Shown here one piece after another: positions 11,215 through 22,207 of a stretch of 39,280 nt of DNA; position 1 is the first letter of the stretch, and the number at the start of each line of letters is the position of its first letter. The DNA is taken from positions 1 to 39,280 of the forward strand of contig JAFAGU010000053.1 of the NCBI GenBank assembly GCA_019237595.1, read 5' to 3'. Source of the stretch: Betaproteobacteria bacterium. GTDB taxonomy: Bacteria > Pseudomonadota > Gammaproteobacteria > Burkholderiales > SG8-39. The translations under genes and the position numbers were made by a program. The notes beneath the pieces were generated by a model, which was not told where the DNA came from, made no database searches, and saw only the letters and a program-made list of their open reading frames with translations.

Positions 11215-11853
11215 TCAGAGGCTCGTCATGCCGTGTCGGATGGCGAACTTCACGAGGCCGGGCATGTCGTCGATGCCCAGCTTCGCCATGAGCCGGCTGC
11301 GGTACGTGTCGATGCTCTTCGAGGACACGCCCAGCATCGCGGCGACCTCGTTGCTGGTGTGGCCCTCGACGACGAGCTTGAGCACCTGGCGCTCGCGGGC
11401 GCTCAGCCGCTCGAGCGGGTGGTCGGGGCCGCGCTCGTGCATATAGTCGTCCAGCGCCTTCGGGGAGATCTTGCCGCTGAGATACCGGCGCCCCTCGTAC
11501 ACGGCTCTCACCGCCGCCACCACTTCCTCGCCTGCCGACTCCTTGAGCACATAGCCCAGCGCTCCGGCCTGCAGCGCCTGGTATACGAATTCGGGGCCCG
11601 CGTGCATGGAGAGCATGAGGATGCGCGTCTGCGGTGCCTCGTCGTGGATGCGCTTCGCCGCCTCGATGCCGTCGACGCCGGGCAGCGCGATGTCGAGGAG
11701 CGCAACGTCGGGCGGTGCGTTGGCGACGAAGCAAAGCGCCTCCGTCGCGGTCGCGAAGCTCGCGGAAACGCGGATGTCGGCCTGTGCCTCGAGGAGCGCC
11801 GCAAGGCCATCGCGCACCACGGCGTGGTCATCGAGCAGCATTACCTGGATCAC
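11215..11853 (-). CDS. NarL/LuxR-family response regulator
   Basis: Receiver (DDHAVVRDGL, LLDIALP, LSMH, GYVLK) plus LuxR HTH (LSARERQVLKLVVEG...KSIDTYRSRLMAKL). Confidence 0.93.
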   Translation of the reverse strand: MIQVMLLDDHAVVRDGLAALLEAQADIRVSASFATATEALCFVANAPPDVALLDIALPGVDGIEAAKRIHDEAPQTRILMLSMHAGPEFVYQALQAGALGYVLKESAGEEVVAAVRAVYEGRRYLSGKISPKALDDYMHERGPDHPLERLSARERQVLKLVVEGHTSNEVAAMLGVSSKSIDTYRSRLMAKLGIDDMPGLVKFAIRHGMTSL

Positions 11854-13022
11854 GCGGGTCGCTCCGCTGTCGGCTCGCCTGCCGGAAACTCCACGACGAC
11901 GCGCGTGCCGCTGCCAGGAAACTCCACGCGCAGCTCGCCGCCATGCGCCTCCACGCGCTCGCGCATCGCCGGCAGGCCCCAGCCGCCGCGCCGCGCGCCG
12001 CGCGCCCCCACCGGGTCGGGGAAACCGCGCCCGTCGTCCTCCACCACGAGCCGCACGCCGCGGGCCGACGGCGAAAGGGCGAGCGACACGCGAGTGCCAC
12101 CGCTGTGCTTTGCCGCATTGGTGAGCGCCTCCTGGGCGATGCGGAAGAGCGCGAGCTCCGCGTCGTGCGGCAGGCGCTCGAGAGCGCCCTCCACCGAGAC
12201 CGCCGCCTTCATGCCGGTGCGCTCAGAGAATTCCTTCGCATGCGCCCTCAGGGCGACCGAGAGCCCGTATTCCTCCAGTCCCGGCGGCCGCAGGTCGGTC
12301 ATGACGCCGCGGATGGCGTCGATGGTCGTTTCCACGAGCGACTTCATGGCGTCGATGCGCTCGCGCGCGCGCTCGGGCTCCTCGCCGAGCCGCTGGCGAA
12401 GCGCCGTGAGCTGGAGCCCGAGCGCGGTCAGGCTCTGGCCGATGAGGTCGTGCAGGTCGTCCGCCACGCGGCGCCGCTCCGATTCCTGCGCCGTGACGAG
12501 CTGGTGCATGAGGCGGCGCACATCCTGCGCGTAGCGCGTGGCGCGCTGCTCGCTCGCGCCGAGCTCGCGCGAGCGCTCCTGCACCATCTCCTCGAGGATG
12601 CGCGCGCTCGCCACCTCCGCCTCGATGTCCGTGCAGGTGCCGAACCACCGGTTCGGGCGGCCGGCGGCGTCGCGCAACGGGACGGCGCTGCCATGGTGCC
12701 AGCGGTACGTGCCGTCGGCGCGCCGCAGCCGGTATTCGATCTCGTAACGCTCACCGGACTGCAGCGCGCGAGTCCAGCTCGCGAGGCAGCGCTCCCAGTC
12801 CTCGGGGTGGACCACCGCCTTCCAGCCCCAGCCCTCGAGCGCCCCGCGCGCCATCCCGGTGTACTCGTGGCAGCGGCGGTTGAAGAAATCGAGCCAGCCG
12901 TCCGCGGCGGCCGTCCACACCATGTGGGGAATCGTGTCGGCGATCAACCGATAGAGCTCCGCCGCCTTGGCGCTGTCCTCGGCGGCGGTCGGGTCCGGCC
13001 GTGGCGGCGTGAGAAAGGCCAT
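11850..13022 (-). CDS. Cytoplasmic PAS/PAC sensor histidine kinase (NarX/UhpB-type, HisKA_3)
   Basis: PAS (VHPEDW...EYRLRRADGTYRW), ERRRVADDLHDLIGQSLT H-box, FRIAQEALTNAAKHS, EDDGRGF; ATG at 13022 with GAGG upstream; overlaps the regulator start. Confidence 0.92.
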   Translation of the reverse strand: MAFLTPPRPDPTAAEDSAKAAELYRLIADTIPHMVWTAAADGWLDFFNRRCHEYTGMARGALEGWGWKAVVHPEDWERCLASWTRALQSGERYEIEYRLRRADGTYRWHHGSAVPLRDAAGRPNRWFGTCTDIEAEVASARILEEMVQERSRELGASEQRATRYAQDVRRLMHQLVTAQESERRRVADDLHDLIGQSLTALGLQLTALRQRLGEEPERARERIDAMKSLVETTIDAIRGVMTDLRPPGLEEYGLSVALRAHAKEFSERTGMKAAVSVEGALERLPHDAELALFRIAQEALTNAAKHSGGTRVSLALSPSARGVRLVVEDDGRGFPDPVGARGARRGGWGLPAMRERVEAHGGELRVEFPGSGTRVVVEFPAGEPTAERPA

Positions 13023-13054
13023 CGGTTCCTCGCGCAGACTATAATTCATCCCGC

Positions 13055-13300
13055 ATGGCCACGCTCGACCGGATCAAGGACCTCGCCGCGAAGGAGTTCT
13101 CGATCGACGCTTCCAAGCTCGATCCGGCCGCGCCGCTCGACTCGCTGGGCGTCGACTCGCTTTCCTTCATCGAGTTCATGTTCAAGGTGGAGGAGGAATT
13201 CGGCATCAATGTGTCCGACGAGGACCTGAAGGGCATCAAGACGCTGGGCGACCTCGAGCGCCACGTCGCCGCGGCGCTCGCCGCGGCCGGCAAAGGCTGA
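13055..13300 (+). CDS. Acyl carrier protein (not in the core fab cluster)
   Basis: 81 aa, acidic, LGVDSL phosphopantetheine-attachment motif, VEEEFGI. Confidence 0.93.
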   Translation: MATLDRIKDLAAKEFSIDASKLDPAAPLDSLGVDSLSFIEFMFKVEEEFGINVSDEDLKGIKTLGDLERHVAAALAAAGKG

Positions 13301-13315
13301 GCGCCCGTCCCTAGC

Positions 13316-14548
13316 ATGGCCTCGCGGCGCCGGGTCGTCCTCACCGGAGCGGGCGTGATCTCGCCGCTCGGTAATTCGCTTGCGGAATTCCACGCCTCCC
13401 TCCTCGCCGCTCGCTCGGGCATCCGGCGCCTGCCGGAGGATGTCGCCCAGGGATCCGGAGTGCAGGTCGGCGCGCTCGCCGATTGGGAGCCGGGCGCACT
13501 CTTTAGCGCCGCCGAGGCCGGCAATACCGACCGCGTTTCGCAGTTCGCCGTCGGCGCCGCCTCGCAGGCGATCACGGCGAGCGCGATCGATCTCGAGCGG
13601 GAGAACCGCGAGCGCGTAGGCGTGTACTGGGGAACGGGCATGGGCGGGGCCCATACGCTCGAAGCGAGCTACAAGCACCTCTACTCGACCGGCGAATGGC
13701 GCACTCGGCCCTTGACCGTCGTCATGGCCATGAACAACGCCGCCGGCTCGAACGTGGCCGTGCGCTTCGGCCTGCGCGGCCCGTTCGCGAATTTCTCGAC
13801 TGCCTGCTCGTCCTCCGCCATGGCGATCGGCGAAGCGATGCGCACCATCGAAGCCGGCCGCGCCGACGCGATCGTCGCCGGCGGGTCCGAGTCGCTCCTC
13901 ACGCCTGCGACGCTGCTCGCGTGGCAATCGCTTCGCACGCTTGCACCTGCGGATGCGGCCGACCCGGCCGCGAGCTGCAAGCCCTTCGATCGCCGGCGTG
14001 CGGGTCTCGTGCTTGGCGAAGGCGCCGCCGCGTTCGTGCTCGAAGAGGAGTCGCGCGCCGCCGCACGAGGCGCGCGCATCCTCGCGCGGCTCACGGGTTA
14101 CGGGAACGCGTGCGACGCCGTGCATATGTCGCGGCCGGACCGCGGCGGGCAGGTGCGCGCCATGCGCGAGGCGTTGTCGGAATCCGGGCTCTCGCCTGAC
14201 GATATCGCGTACATCAACGCTCATGGAACGGCCACGGCAGTAGGCGATGTCGTCGAGTGCCAGGCGATCCGGGAAGTCTTCGGCGACAGGCCGGTGCGCG
14301 TGAGCTCGACCAAGTCGCTGCACGGCCACCTGCTCGGCGGCGCCGGGGCGCTCGAGCTCGCGGCAGCGCTCCTGCCCTTCGAGAAGGGCATGATGCCGCC
14401 GACGGCTTTCCTCGAGGATCCCGACCCCGCGTGCGCGCTTGCGCACGTGGCGCTTCACGCGCAGGCCATCGAACGGCCGCGGGCCGTGATGTCGAACTCG
14501 TTTGCCTTCGGAGGATCTGACGTCGTGCTGGTTGCGGAGCAGCCCTAG
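13316..14548 (+). CDS. FabF-like beta-ketoacyl-ACP synthase
   Basis: RRVVLTGAG, TACSSS (Cys), YINAHGTAT (His), KSLHGHLLG (His), SNSFAFGG. Confidence 0.93.
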   Translation: MASRRRVVLTGAGVISPLGNSLAEFHASLLAARSGIRRLPEDVAQGSGVQVGALADWEPGALFSAAEAGNTDRVSQFAVGAASQAITASAIDLERENRERVGVYWGTGMGGAHTLEASYKHLYSTGEWRTRPLTVVMAMNNAAGSNVAVRFGLRGPFANFSTACSSSAMAIGEAMRTIEAGRADAIVAGGSESLLTPATLLAWQSLRTLAPADAADPAASCKPFDRRRAGLVLGEGAAAFVLEEESRAAARGARILARLTGYGNACDAVHMSRPDRGGQVRAMREALSESGLSPDDIAYINAHGTATAVGDVVECQAIREVFGDRPVRVSSTKSLHGHLLGGAGALELAAALLPFEKGMMPPTAFLEDPDPACALAHVALHAQAIERPRAVMSNSFAFGGSDVVLVAEQP

Positions 14549-16476
14549 CCGCCCGGAGAAGCGAGGGGCTGGGAAGCCACGGCGCGAAGCAGCCGGCGCA
14601 GCGCGCTGAACTCCACCGGCTTCGTCAGGTGGTGGTCGAATCCGGCCGCCGCCGTACGAGCGCGATCCTGCGGCTGGCCGTAGCCCGTGATCGCGATGAT
14701 CGTCATCCTGGGAAGCTTGGAATCCGCGCGCACCTGGCGCGCAATCTCGTAGCCGTTCAGCTCCGGCAGCCCGATGTCGAGCAGCAGCGCCTCGGGCCTG
14801 AATTCACGCGCGGCGGCAAGCCCTGCCGGCCCGTTCGTGGCTACGCGAATCTCGTGTCCCTCGTTCTCGAGCAGGTAGCGAAGCGCGTTCGCCGCATCCG
14901 CGTTGTCGTCGACGATCACGATGCGCAGGCGCCGAGCGCTTCCCTCGTCCGCGCCTTCGGCGTCCGCCTCCGCGGGCTCCGAGCCGGCGTACGCCGGGAG
15001 CCGCACGCTGAACTTGCTTCCCTGGCCTGGGCCTTCGCTTGCAGCTTCGATGCTGCCGCCGTGTAGCGTGACGAGCCGCTCGACGAGCGTGAGGCCTACG
15101 CCCAGTCCGCCTTCCGGGCGGTCGATGGACTGCTGGCCCTGCTTGAAGAGCTCGAAGGCGGTGCGCACGAGCTCGGGCGACATCCCGATGCCGGTGTCCT
15201 CGACGCTGAAGGTCACGTGCTCGCCCGAGCGCCCGGCACGAACGACGATGCGGCCACCGTTGGGCGTGAACTTCGCGGCGTTGTGCAGCAGGTTCTGGAT
15301 GACCTGGCTCAGGCGCACCGGGTCCGCTTCCGTCTCCAGCGGCTCCTCCGGCAGCTCAATGACGAGCTCATGGCCTCGGCTCTGGATCCATTGCGCGGAA
15401 GCATCCGCGGCCTCGCGGATGGAGCGCCGAAGGTCGACGCGCGCGCGGCTGAGCGCGACCGTGGAGCGCGTGATGCGGCTCACGTCGAGCAGGTCGTCGA
15501 CCAGGCGCGTCATCTGCACCGTCTGGCGCTGGAGGACGTCGCGCACCCAGAGCTCCGTGGGATCGGTGGTGGGCTTCCTCGTGAGCAAGTGCAAGGCGTT
15601 GCGGATCGGCGCGAGCGGGTTACGCAGCTCGTGCGCCAGCATCGCGAGGAATTCATTCGTCTGCTTTTCCGCCTTCTCGAGGGCTTCCACGCGACGCCGG
15701 TCGGTGAGGTCGCGCGTCACCTTAGCGAAGCCCTGGAGCGTGCCGTCCGCGTCGCGGATCGCCGTAAGCACCACGTTCGCCCGGAACGTCGTCCCGTCCT
15801 TGCGCACGCGCAGGCCCTCGTCCTCGAAGCGGCCGGTGCGCGCGGCGGTCTCGAGCTCCTGCTCGGGCCAGCGGCGCTGGCGGCCCTCCTCCGGGTAAAG
15901 CAGGGAGAAATGCCGGCCCAGGATCTCGTCGCGCGAGTAGCCGTTGATGCGCTCCGCGCCCGAATTCCAGCTCACCACTCGGCCCTCGGGATCGAGCATG
16001 AAGATCGCGTAGTCCTTGACCGCGTCCACGAGCGTGCGAAAGCGCGCCTCGCTCTGGCGAAGGAGCTCTTCCTGCCGGCGGCGCTCGGTGAGGTCGCGGG
16101 TGATCTTGGCGAAACCGCGCAGCGTGCCGTCGCGGTCCTTGATCGCCGTGATGACGACGTTAGCCCAGAAGGTCGTCCAGTCCTTGCGCACGCGAAGGCC
16201 CTCGTCCTCGAAGCGACCCTGCGCGGCGGCCATGACAAGCTCCTGCTGCGGCCAGCCACGCGCCTTCGCCTCCTCCGGGTAGAAAATCGAAAAGTGCTTG
16301 CCGAGGATCTCGTGCGCGGCATAGCCCTTCAGCCGCTCCGCGCCCGGATTCCACGAGGCGACCCGGCCGTCCGCATCCAGCAGGAAGATGGCGTAGTCGT
16401 GGACGCTCTCGACTAGACGCTGGAACGGATTGTCGAGGCCGGCCAGCGGCCTCGCCGGTTCTTCCGGTTCTGTCAT
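14545..16476 (-). CDS. Hybrid histidine kinase PAS-PAS-HisKA-HATPase-REC
   Basis: Two similar PAS/PAC repeats, FLAMLAHELRNPL, QNLLHNAAKFT, DTGIG, GLGVGL and a C-terminal receiver (VDDN, LLDIGLP, ITGY, HLTKP); ATG at 16476 chosen because the longer ORF overlaps the tRNA. Confidence 0.93.
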   Translation of the reverse strand: MTEPEEPARPLAGLDNPFQRLVESVHDYAIFLLDADGRVASWNPGAERLKGYAAHEILGKHFSIFYPEEAKARGWPQQELVMAAAQGRFEDEGLRVRKDWTTFWANVVITAIKDRDGTLRGFAKITRDLTERRRQEELLRQSEARFRTLVDAVKDYAIFMLDPEGRVVSWNSGAERINGYSRDEILGRHFSLLYPEEGRQRRWPEQELETAARTGRFEDEGLRVRKDGTTFRANVVLTAIRDADGTLQGFAKVTRDLTDRRRVEALEKAEKQTNEFLAMLAHELRNPLAPIRNALHLLTRKPTTDPTELWVRDVLQRQTVQMTRLVDDLLDVSRITRSTVALSRARVDLRRSIREAADASAQWIQSRGHELVIELPEEPLETEADPVRLSQVIQNLLHNAAKFTPNGGRIVVRAGRSGEHVTFSVEDTGIGMSPELVRTAFELFKQGQQSIDRPEGGLGVGLTLVERLVTLHGGSIEAASEGPGQGSKFSVRLPAYAGSEPAEADAEGADEGSARRLRIVIVDDNADAANALRYLLENEGHEIRVATNGPAGLAAAREFRPEALLLDIGLPELNGYEIARQVRADSKLPRMTIIAITGYGQPQDRARTAAAGFDHHLTKPVEFSALRRLLRAVASQPLASPGG

Positions 16477-16528
16477 CCTGTGGACTGGAAAAAGGAACTT
16501 CTCATCATACGTCGCGTGCGGCAAAAGA

Positions 16529-16604
16529 TGGTGGCCAAGGCCGGAATCGAACCAGCGACACACGGATTTTCGGTCCGCTGCTCTACCAACTGAGCTACTT
16601 GGCC
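16529..16604 (-). tRNA. tRNA-Phe(GAA), with C instead of U at position 33
   Basis: GGCCAAG acceptor stem, TAGCTCAGTTGGTAGAGC D arm, GCGGA/TCCGT anticodon stem with loop CCGAAAA, GGTTCGATTCC T arm, encoded CCA; 76 nt. Confidence 0.93.
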
Positions 16605-16640
16605 GGGGTCCCGCTGGGAAGGCGCGAATTATAGCGTCGC

Positions 16641-16671
16641 AAAAGAAAAGGGCCCCGGAGGGCCCTTTTCT
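16641..16671 (-). terminator. Intrinsic terminator after groEL (possibly bidirectional)
   Basis: AGAAAAGGGCCC-cgga-GGGCCCTTTTCT inverted repeat with A/T tracts on both sides. Confidence 0.85.
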
Positions 16672-16700
16672 GCTCTTGAAGAATTTCTTCTTCGAGAACC

Positions 16701-18365
<1,665 letters not shown>

Positions 18366-18382
18366 CTAGTGTTCGATCTCGA

Positions 18383-18676
18383 TCAGTTGCCTTCGATGAC
18401 GCCCATGATGTCCTCCTCGCGCATCACGAGGAGCTCGTCACCCTTGACCTTCACCGTCTGGCCCGAGTACTTGCCGAAGAGCACGCGGTCGCCGACCTTG
18501 ACGTCGATCGGGATCAGCTTGCCCTGCTCGTCTTTCTTGCCCTTGCCCACGGCGACGATCTCGCCCTGGTCGGGCTTCTCGGCGGCGGTATCGGGAATCA
18601 CGATGCCACCCGCGGACTTGCGCTCCTCTTCGATGCGCTTGACGATCACGCGGTCATGCAGCGGACGAATCTTCAT
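18383..18676 (-). CDS. groS: Co-chaperonin GroES
   Basis: [39 protein letters not shown]; GGGAG SD upstream. Confidence 0.99.
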   Translation of the reverse strand: MKIRPLHDRVIVKRIEEERKSAGGIVIPDTAAEKPDQGEIVAVGKGKKDEQGKLIPIDVKVGDRVLFGKYSGQTVKVKGDELLVMREEDIMGVIEGN

Positions 18677-18761
18677 GCGAATCTCCCGTTGGAAAGTCGA
18701 TGTATTACAATGGCTTGGGTACTATCCCGAGCCCGGAAACGAGGGATCGAGCGCAAAGGTG

Positions 18762-18788
18762 TTAGCACTCAATCCTAACGAGTGCTAA
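18762..18788. promoter_or_regulatory. CIRCE element (HrcA operator)
   Basis: Exact match to TTAGCACTC-N9-GAGTGCTAA, upstream of groES. Confidence 0.96.
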
Positions 18789-18790
18789 TG

Positions 18791-18817
18791 ATAGGCGCGT
18801 ACGGGCGCAAATTCAAG
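18791..18817 (-). promoter_or_regulatory. Putative sigma32 (RpoH) promoter of groESL
   Basis: Minus strand CTTGAA-N15-GCCTAT resembles CTTGAA-N13-17-CCCCAT and lies immediately upstream of CIRCE. Confidence 0.7.
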
Positions 18818-18826
18818 GGGAAAGCC

Positions 18827-20278
18827 ATGCGGCGGTGCATCGCCGGCGCGATGCTAGTGCTTGCTCACCTGACGGCTTGGGCGCAGCTCCCGGGCACCGT
18901 ACTGCAGGGACTGCGGGACGCCGGTATTCCGGCCGGCAACGTCTCGGCGATCGTGCAAAGAGCCGGCAGCGACGTTCCCGTTCTCGCTTATCGCACCGAA
19001 GTTCCGGTCAACCCGGCTTCGGTGATGAAGCTCGTGACGACCTACGCGGCGCTCGAGCTCCTGGGGCCGGCCTACCGGTGGAAAACGGAGGTCTACCAGG
19101 CCGGCGAGACGCTCTACCTGCGCGGCACGGGGGATCCGAAGCTCAACTACGAGAGCTTCTGGATGCTGCTGCGCGCGCTCCGCGGCCGGGGTCTCAAGGA
19201 CCTGCGCGGAGACATCGTGCTCGATCGCAGCTTTTTCGGCCCGGTTGCGGACGGACGGATCGACGACGAGGCGTTCCGCCCCTACAACGTCACGCCGGAC
19301 GCCCTGCTCGTGAATTTCAAGTCGCTGCGCTTCACGTTCCTTCCCGATTCCACTTCCGTGCGCATCTACGCCGAGCCGGGATTGCCGGGACTCGAGCTCG
19401 TGAACGGGCTCAAGCTCGCAAACGGAGCCTGCCCGGACGGGCGCGCTTTCCGGGACCTGATCGGCGCCCAATTCCAGTCGCAGCCGCCGCGCGCGGCGTT
19501 CATGGGCGCATATCCCCTCTCCTGCGGCGAGAAGGAGCTCAACGTCGCGCTCCACACCCCGGCGGATTATGTGGAGGGGATGATCCGGCAGCTCTGGAGC
19601 GAGCTCGGCGGGAAGTGGGAAGACGGCAACGGCCGGCCCGGCCGCGTCCGCGAGGGCACCGTGCCGCCGGGCGCCACACTTTTATATGCTCATGAGTCTG
19701 AGCCGCTCGCCGAGATCGTGCGCGACATCAACAAGTTCTCGAACAACGTCATGGCTCGGCAGCTCTTCCTCACGCTCGCCGCCGAGCTCGGCGGCCCGCC
19801 GGCGCGGCCCGAAAATGCGATGCAGGCGATCCGGCAGTGGCTCTCGCGCAAGGGCCTTTCGATTCCGGAGCTCGCGATGGAAAACGGCTCCGGGCTCTCG
19901 CGCAACGAGCGCATCAGCGTGCGAAGCCTCGCCGCGCTCCTGCAGGCGGCGTGGAAGAGCCAGGTGATGCCGGAGTTCATCGCGTCGCTGCCCATCGTTG
20001 CCGCGGACGGTACGATGAAGAAGCGGCTCCAAAGCGAGCCGGTCGCCGGCCAGGCGCACATCAAGACGGGCCTCCTTCACGATGCGCGGGCGGTGGCGGG
20101 CTACGTGCTCGACCGCAACGGCAACCGCGAGATCGTCGCCATGGTGATCAACGACCCCCGCGCTCCGGAAGGGCAGGCGGCGCTCGATGCCCTGGTCGAG
20201 TGGGCCTATTCCCAGCCGCCTATAGCCCCAGCTCCGACCAAAGCGCGTCCACGCGGCGCTTTACCTCGGCATCCATGA
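18827..20278 (+). CDS. dacB: D-Ala-D-Ala carboxypeptidase/endopeptidase (PBP4)
   Basis: Signal peptide, PASVMK (SxxK), SNN (SxN), NGSGLSR, IKTG (KTG). Confidence 0.93.
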   Translation: MRRCIAGAMLVLAHLTAWAQLPGTVLQGLRDAGIPAGNVSAIVQRAGSDVPVLAYRTEVPVNPASVMKLVTTYAALELLGPAYRWKTEVYQAGETLYLRGTGDPKLNYESFWMLLRALRGRGLKDLRGDIVLDRSFFGPVADGRIDDEAFRPYNVTPDALLVNFKSLRFTFLPDSTSVRIYAEPGLPGLELVNGLKLANGACPDGRAFRDLIGAQFQSQPPRAAFMGAYPLSCGEKELNVALHTPADYVEGMIRQLWSELGGKWEDGNGRPGRVREGTVPPGATLLYAHESEPLAEIVRDINKFSNNVMARQLFLTLAAELGGPPARPENAMQAIRQWLSRKGLSIPELAMENGSGLSRNERISVRSLAALLQAAWKSQVMPEFIASLPIVAADGTMKKRLQSEPVAGQAHIKTGLLHDARAVAGYVLDRNGNREIVAMVINDPRAPEGQAALDALVEWAYSQPPIAPAPTKARPRGALPRHP

Positions 20279-21677
20279 CGATCGGCCGCCCCCAGCGGCG
20301 GCTCGTCTCGCCCGGCCACTTGCTCGTCGCGTCGATGCCCATCTTCGAGCCCAGCCCGGAGACAGGGCTCGCGAAATCGAGGTAGTCGATCGGCGTGTTC
20401 TCGGCGAGCAGCGTGTCCCGCGCCGGATCGACCCGCGTGCTGAGCGCCCAGACGACTTCCTTCCAGTCGCGCACGTCCACGTCGTCGTCGCAGACGACGA
20501 TGAACTTGGTGTACATGAATTGGCGGAGGTAGCTCCAGACGCCGAACATCACGCGCTTGGCGTGGCCGGGATACTGCTTGCGCATGCTCACGACCGCCAT
20601 GCGGTACGAGCAGGCTTCCGCCGGCAGGTAGAAGTCGACGATCTCGGGGAACTGCTTGCGGATGAGCGGGACGAATACTTCGTTCAGCGCGATGCCGAGC
20701 ATCGCCGGCTCGTCGGGCGGCTTTCCGGTGTACGTCGAGTGATAGATCGGCGAGCGGCGCATCGTGATGCGATCGATCGTGAGAACGGGGAACCGCTCCG
20801 CCTCGTTGTAGTAGCCCGTGTGGTCGCCGAAAGGTCCCTCTTCCGCGGTTTCCCGGCCGATGGATCCCTCGAGGACGATCTCCGCGCTCGCCGGTACTTG
20901 GAGCTCGTTCGTAAGGCATTGGACGAGCTCGGTGCGCGCGCCACGCAGCAGCCCGGCAAACTGGTACTCGCCCAGCGTGTCCGGCACGGGCGTCACGGCA
21001 GCGAGGATCGTCGCCGGGTCGGCACCAATGGCGACCGACACCGGGAAAGGCGCCTCGGAAATCGCGCAGTGGTCGCGGTAGTCGAGCGCTCCGCCGCGGT
21101 GCGCGAGCCAGCGCATGATGACGCGGTTCGGCCCGATCACCTGCTGGCGATAGATGCCGAGGTTCTGGCGCTTCTTGTGGGGCCCGCGCGTCACCGTGAG
21201 ACCCCAGGTGATGAGCGGCCCGGCGTCCTGCGGCCAGCAGGTCTGGATCGGCAGCCGCCCGAGGTCGACGTCCTTGCCTTCCCAGACGACTTCCTGGCAG
21301 GGCGCATCGCGGCGCTCGCGCGGCGCCATGTTGAGCGCCTGCTTGAGGAGCGGAAACTTCTCCCATAAGTCGCCCCATCCCTGGGGCGGCTCGGGCTCGC
21401 GCAGGCGCGCGAGGAGCCCCCCGACTTCCCGCAGCTTCATCGTGTCGTCCACTCCCATCGCCGCCGCGATGCGAGGAAGCGAGCCAAAGAGATTGCCGAG
21501 GACGGGGATCCGGTAGCCCGCAGGTTGTTCGAAGACGAGCGCCGGCCCGCCGGCGCGCAGCACCCGGTCGCAGATCTCGGTCATCTCGAGGCGCGGCGAT
21601 ACCGGTGCGGCGATGCGCTTCAGCTCGCCGCGCGCTTCGAGCTGCGACAGGAACTCCCGCAGGTCGGCGTAGCTCAT
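20220..21677 (-). CDS. ubiD: 4-hydroxy-3-polyprenylbenzoate decarboxylase
   Basis: [62 protein letters not shown]. Confidence 0.97.
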   Translation of the reverse strand: MSYADLREFLSQLEARGELKRIAAPVSPRLEMTEICDRVLRAGGPALVFEQPAGYRIPVLGNLFGSLPRIAAAMGVDDTMKLREVGGLLARLREPEPPQGWGDLWEKFPLLKQALNMAPRERRDAPCQEVVWEGKDVDLGRLPIQTCWPQDAGPLITWGLTVTRGPHKKRQNLGIYRQQVIGPNRVIMRWLAHRGGALDYRDHCAISEAPFPVSVAIGADPATILAAVTPVPDTLGEYQFAGLLRGARTELVQCLTNELQVPASAEIVLEGSIGRETAEEGPFGDHTGYYNEAERFPVLTIDRITMRRSPIYHSTYTGKPPDEPAMLGIALNEVFVPLIRKQFPEIVDFYLPAEACSYRMAVVSMRKQYPGHAKRVMFGVWSYLRQFMYTKFIVVCDDDVDVRDWKEVVWALSTRVDPARDTLLAENTPIDYLDFASPVSGLGSKMGIDATSKWPGETSRRWGRPIVMDAEVKRRVDALWSELGL

Positions 21678-22207
21678 CGCTCGAGCGCCGCGAGGCTCTC
21701 GGCAAGCCGCTCGGCGAAGTCCATGAGGAGCCGGTCGCGTCCCCGAGCCCTGTACGAGCGCTCGCCTCCGGCGAAGACGACGGTGAGCGTCGTGCCGCCG
21801 ATCCATCCCAGCGCGCAGAGCGCAGCTCCGCCGGCCGCCGCAGCGGCGGCAGCAAAAGGCAGGATCGCCGCCAGCGCCTCGACGAAGCGGAAGAAGCCGG
21901 CGAGCGCGGAAGCCACGCCGCTCGACTGGCCCGCCACTTCCTGCGCCGCCTGGCCCGCGAGCGAGCCGAGCGGCCCGCTGATGCCGAGCAGGAAGAGGGC
22001 ACCCAGCACGAGCGCAATCCCCCAGCCGAGGCGCCTCGCGTCGCGCTCGTACTCCACGCGGACTGCGGAGAGCGCCGACAAGGGAAGCGTCTCGACATGC
22101 GAGGCGCCGCGATGCACGAGCGAGCGCGGCTGCAGGGCGAGCGCCGTCCCGCGCAGCTCGCCGCTGCGGAATTCGAAGCGCGTGAGACCAGCGCCTATAT
22201 CGTTCAC
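21674..22207 (-). CDS. Hypothetical membrane protein (about 177 aa, two predicted TM segments)
   Basis: Fills the ubiA-ubiD gap exactly, with 4-nt start/stop overlaps at both ends; hydrophobic segments [17 protein letters not shown] and [23 protein letters not shown]. Confidence 0.75.
   Translation of the reverse strand: MNDIGAGLTRFEFRSGELRGTALALQPRSLVHRGASHVETLPLSALSAVRVEYERDARRLGWGIALVLGALFLLGISGPLGSLAGQAAQEVAGQSSGVASALAGFFRFVEALAAILPFAAAAAAAGGAALCALGWIGGTTLTVVFAGGERSYRARGRDRLLMDFAERLAESLAALER

Noticed and set aside
11200-16528. Possible genomic island integrated at tRNA-Phe
   Set aside because: There is no integrase, I found no duplicated tRNA 3' end near hemA, and composition looks like the flanks by eye. 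It is accessory-looking but not demonstrably mobile.
18677-18760. Possible RNA thermometer in the groES leader (TTCC-aac-GGGAG pairing over the SD)
   Set aside because: Only about 4-5 bp of pairing is visible and there is no ROSE or fourU signature; it cannot be supported without folding calculations.
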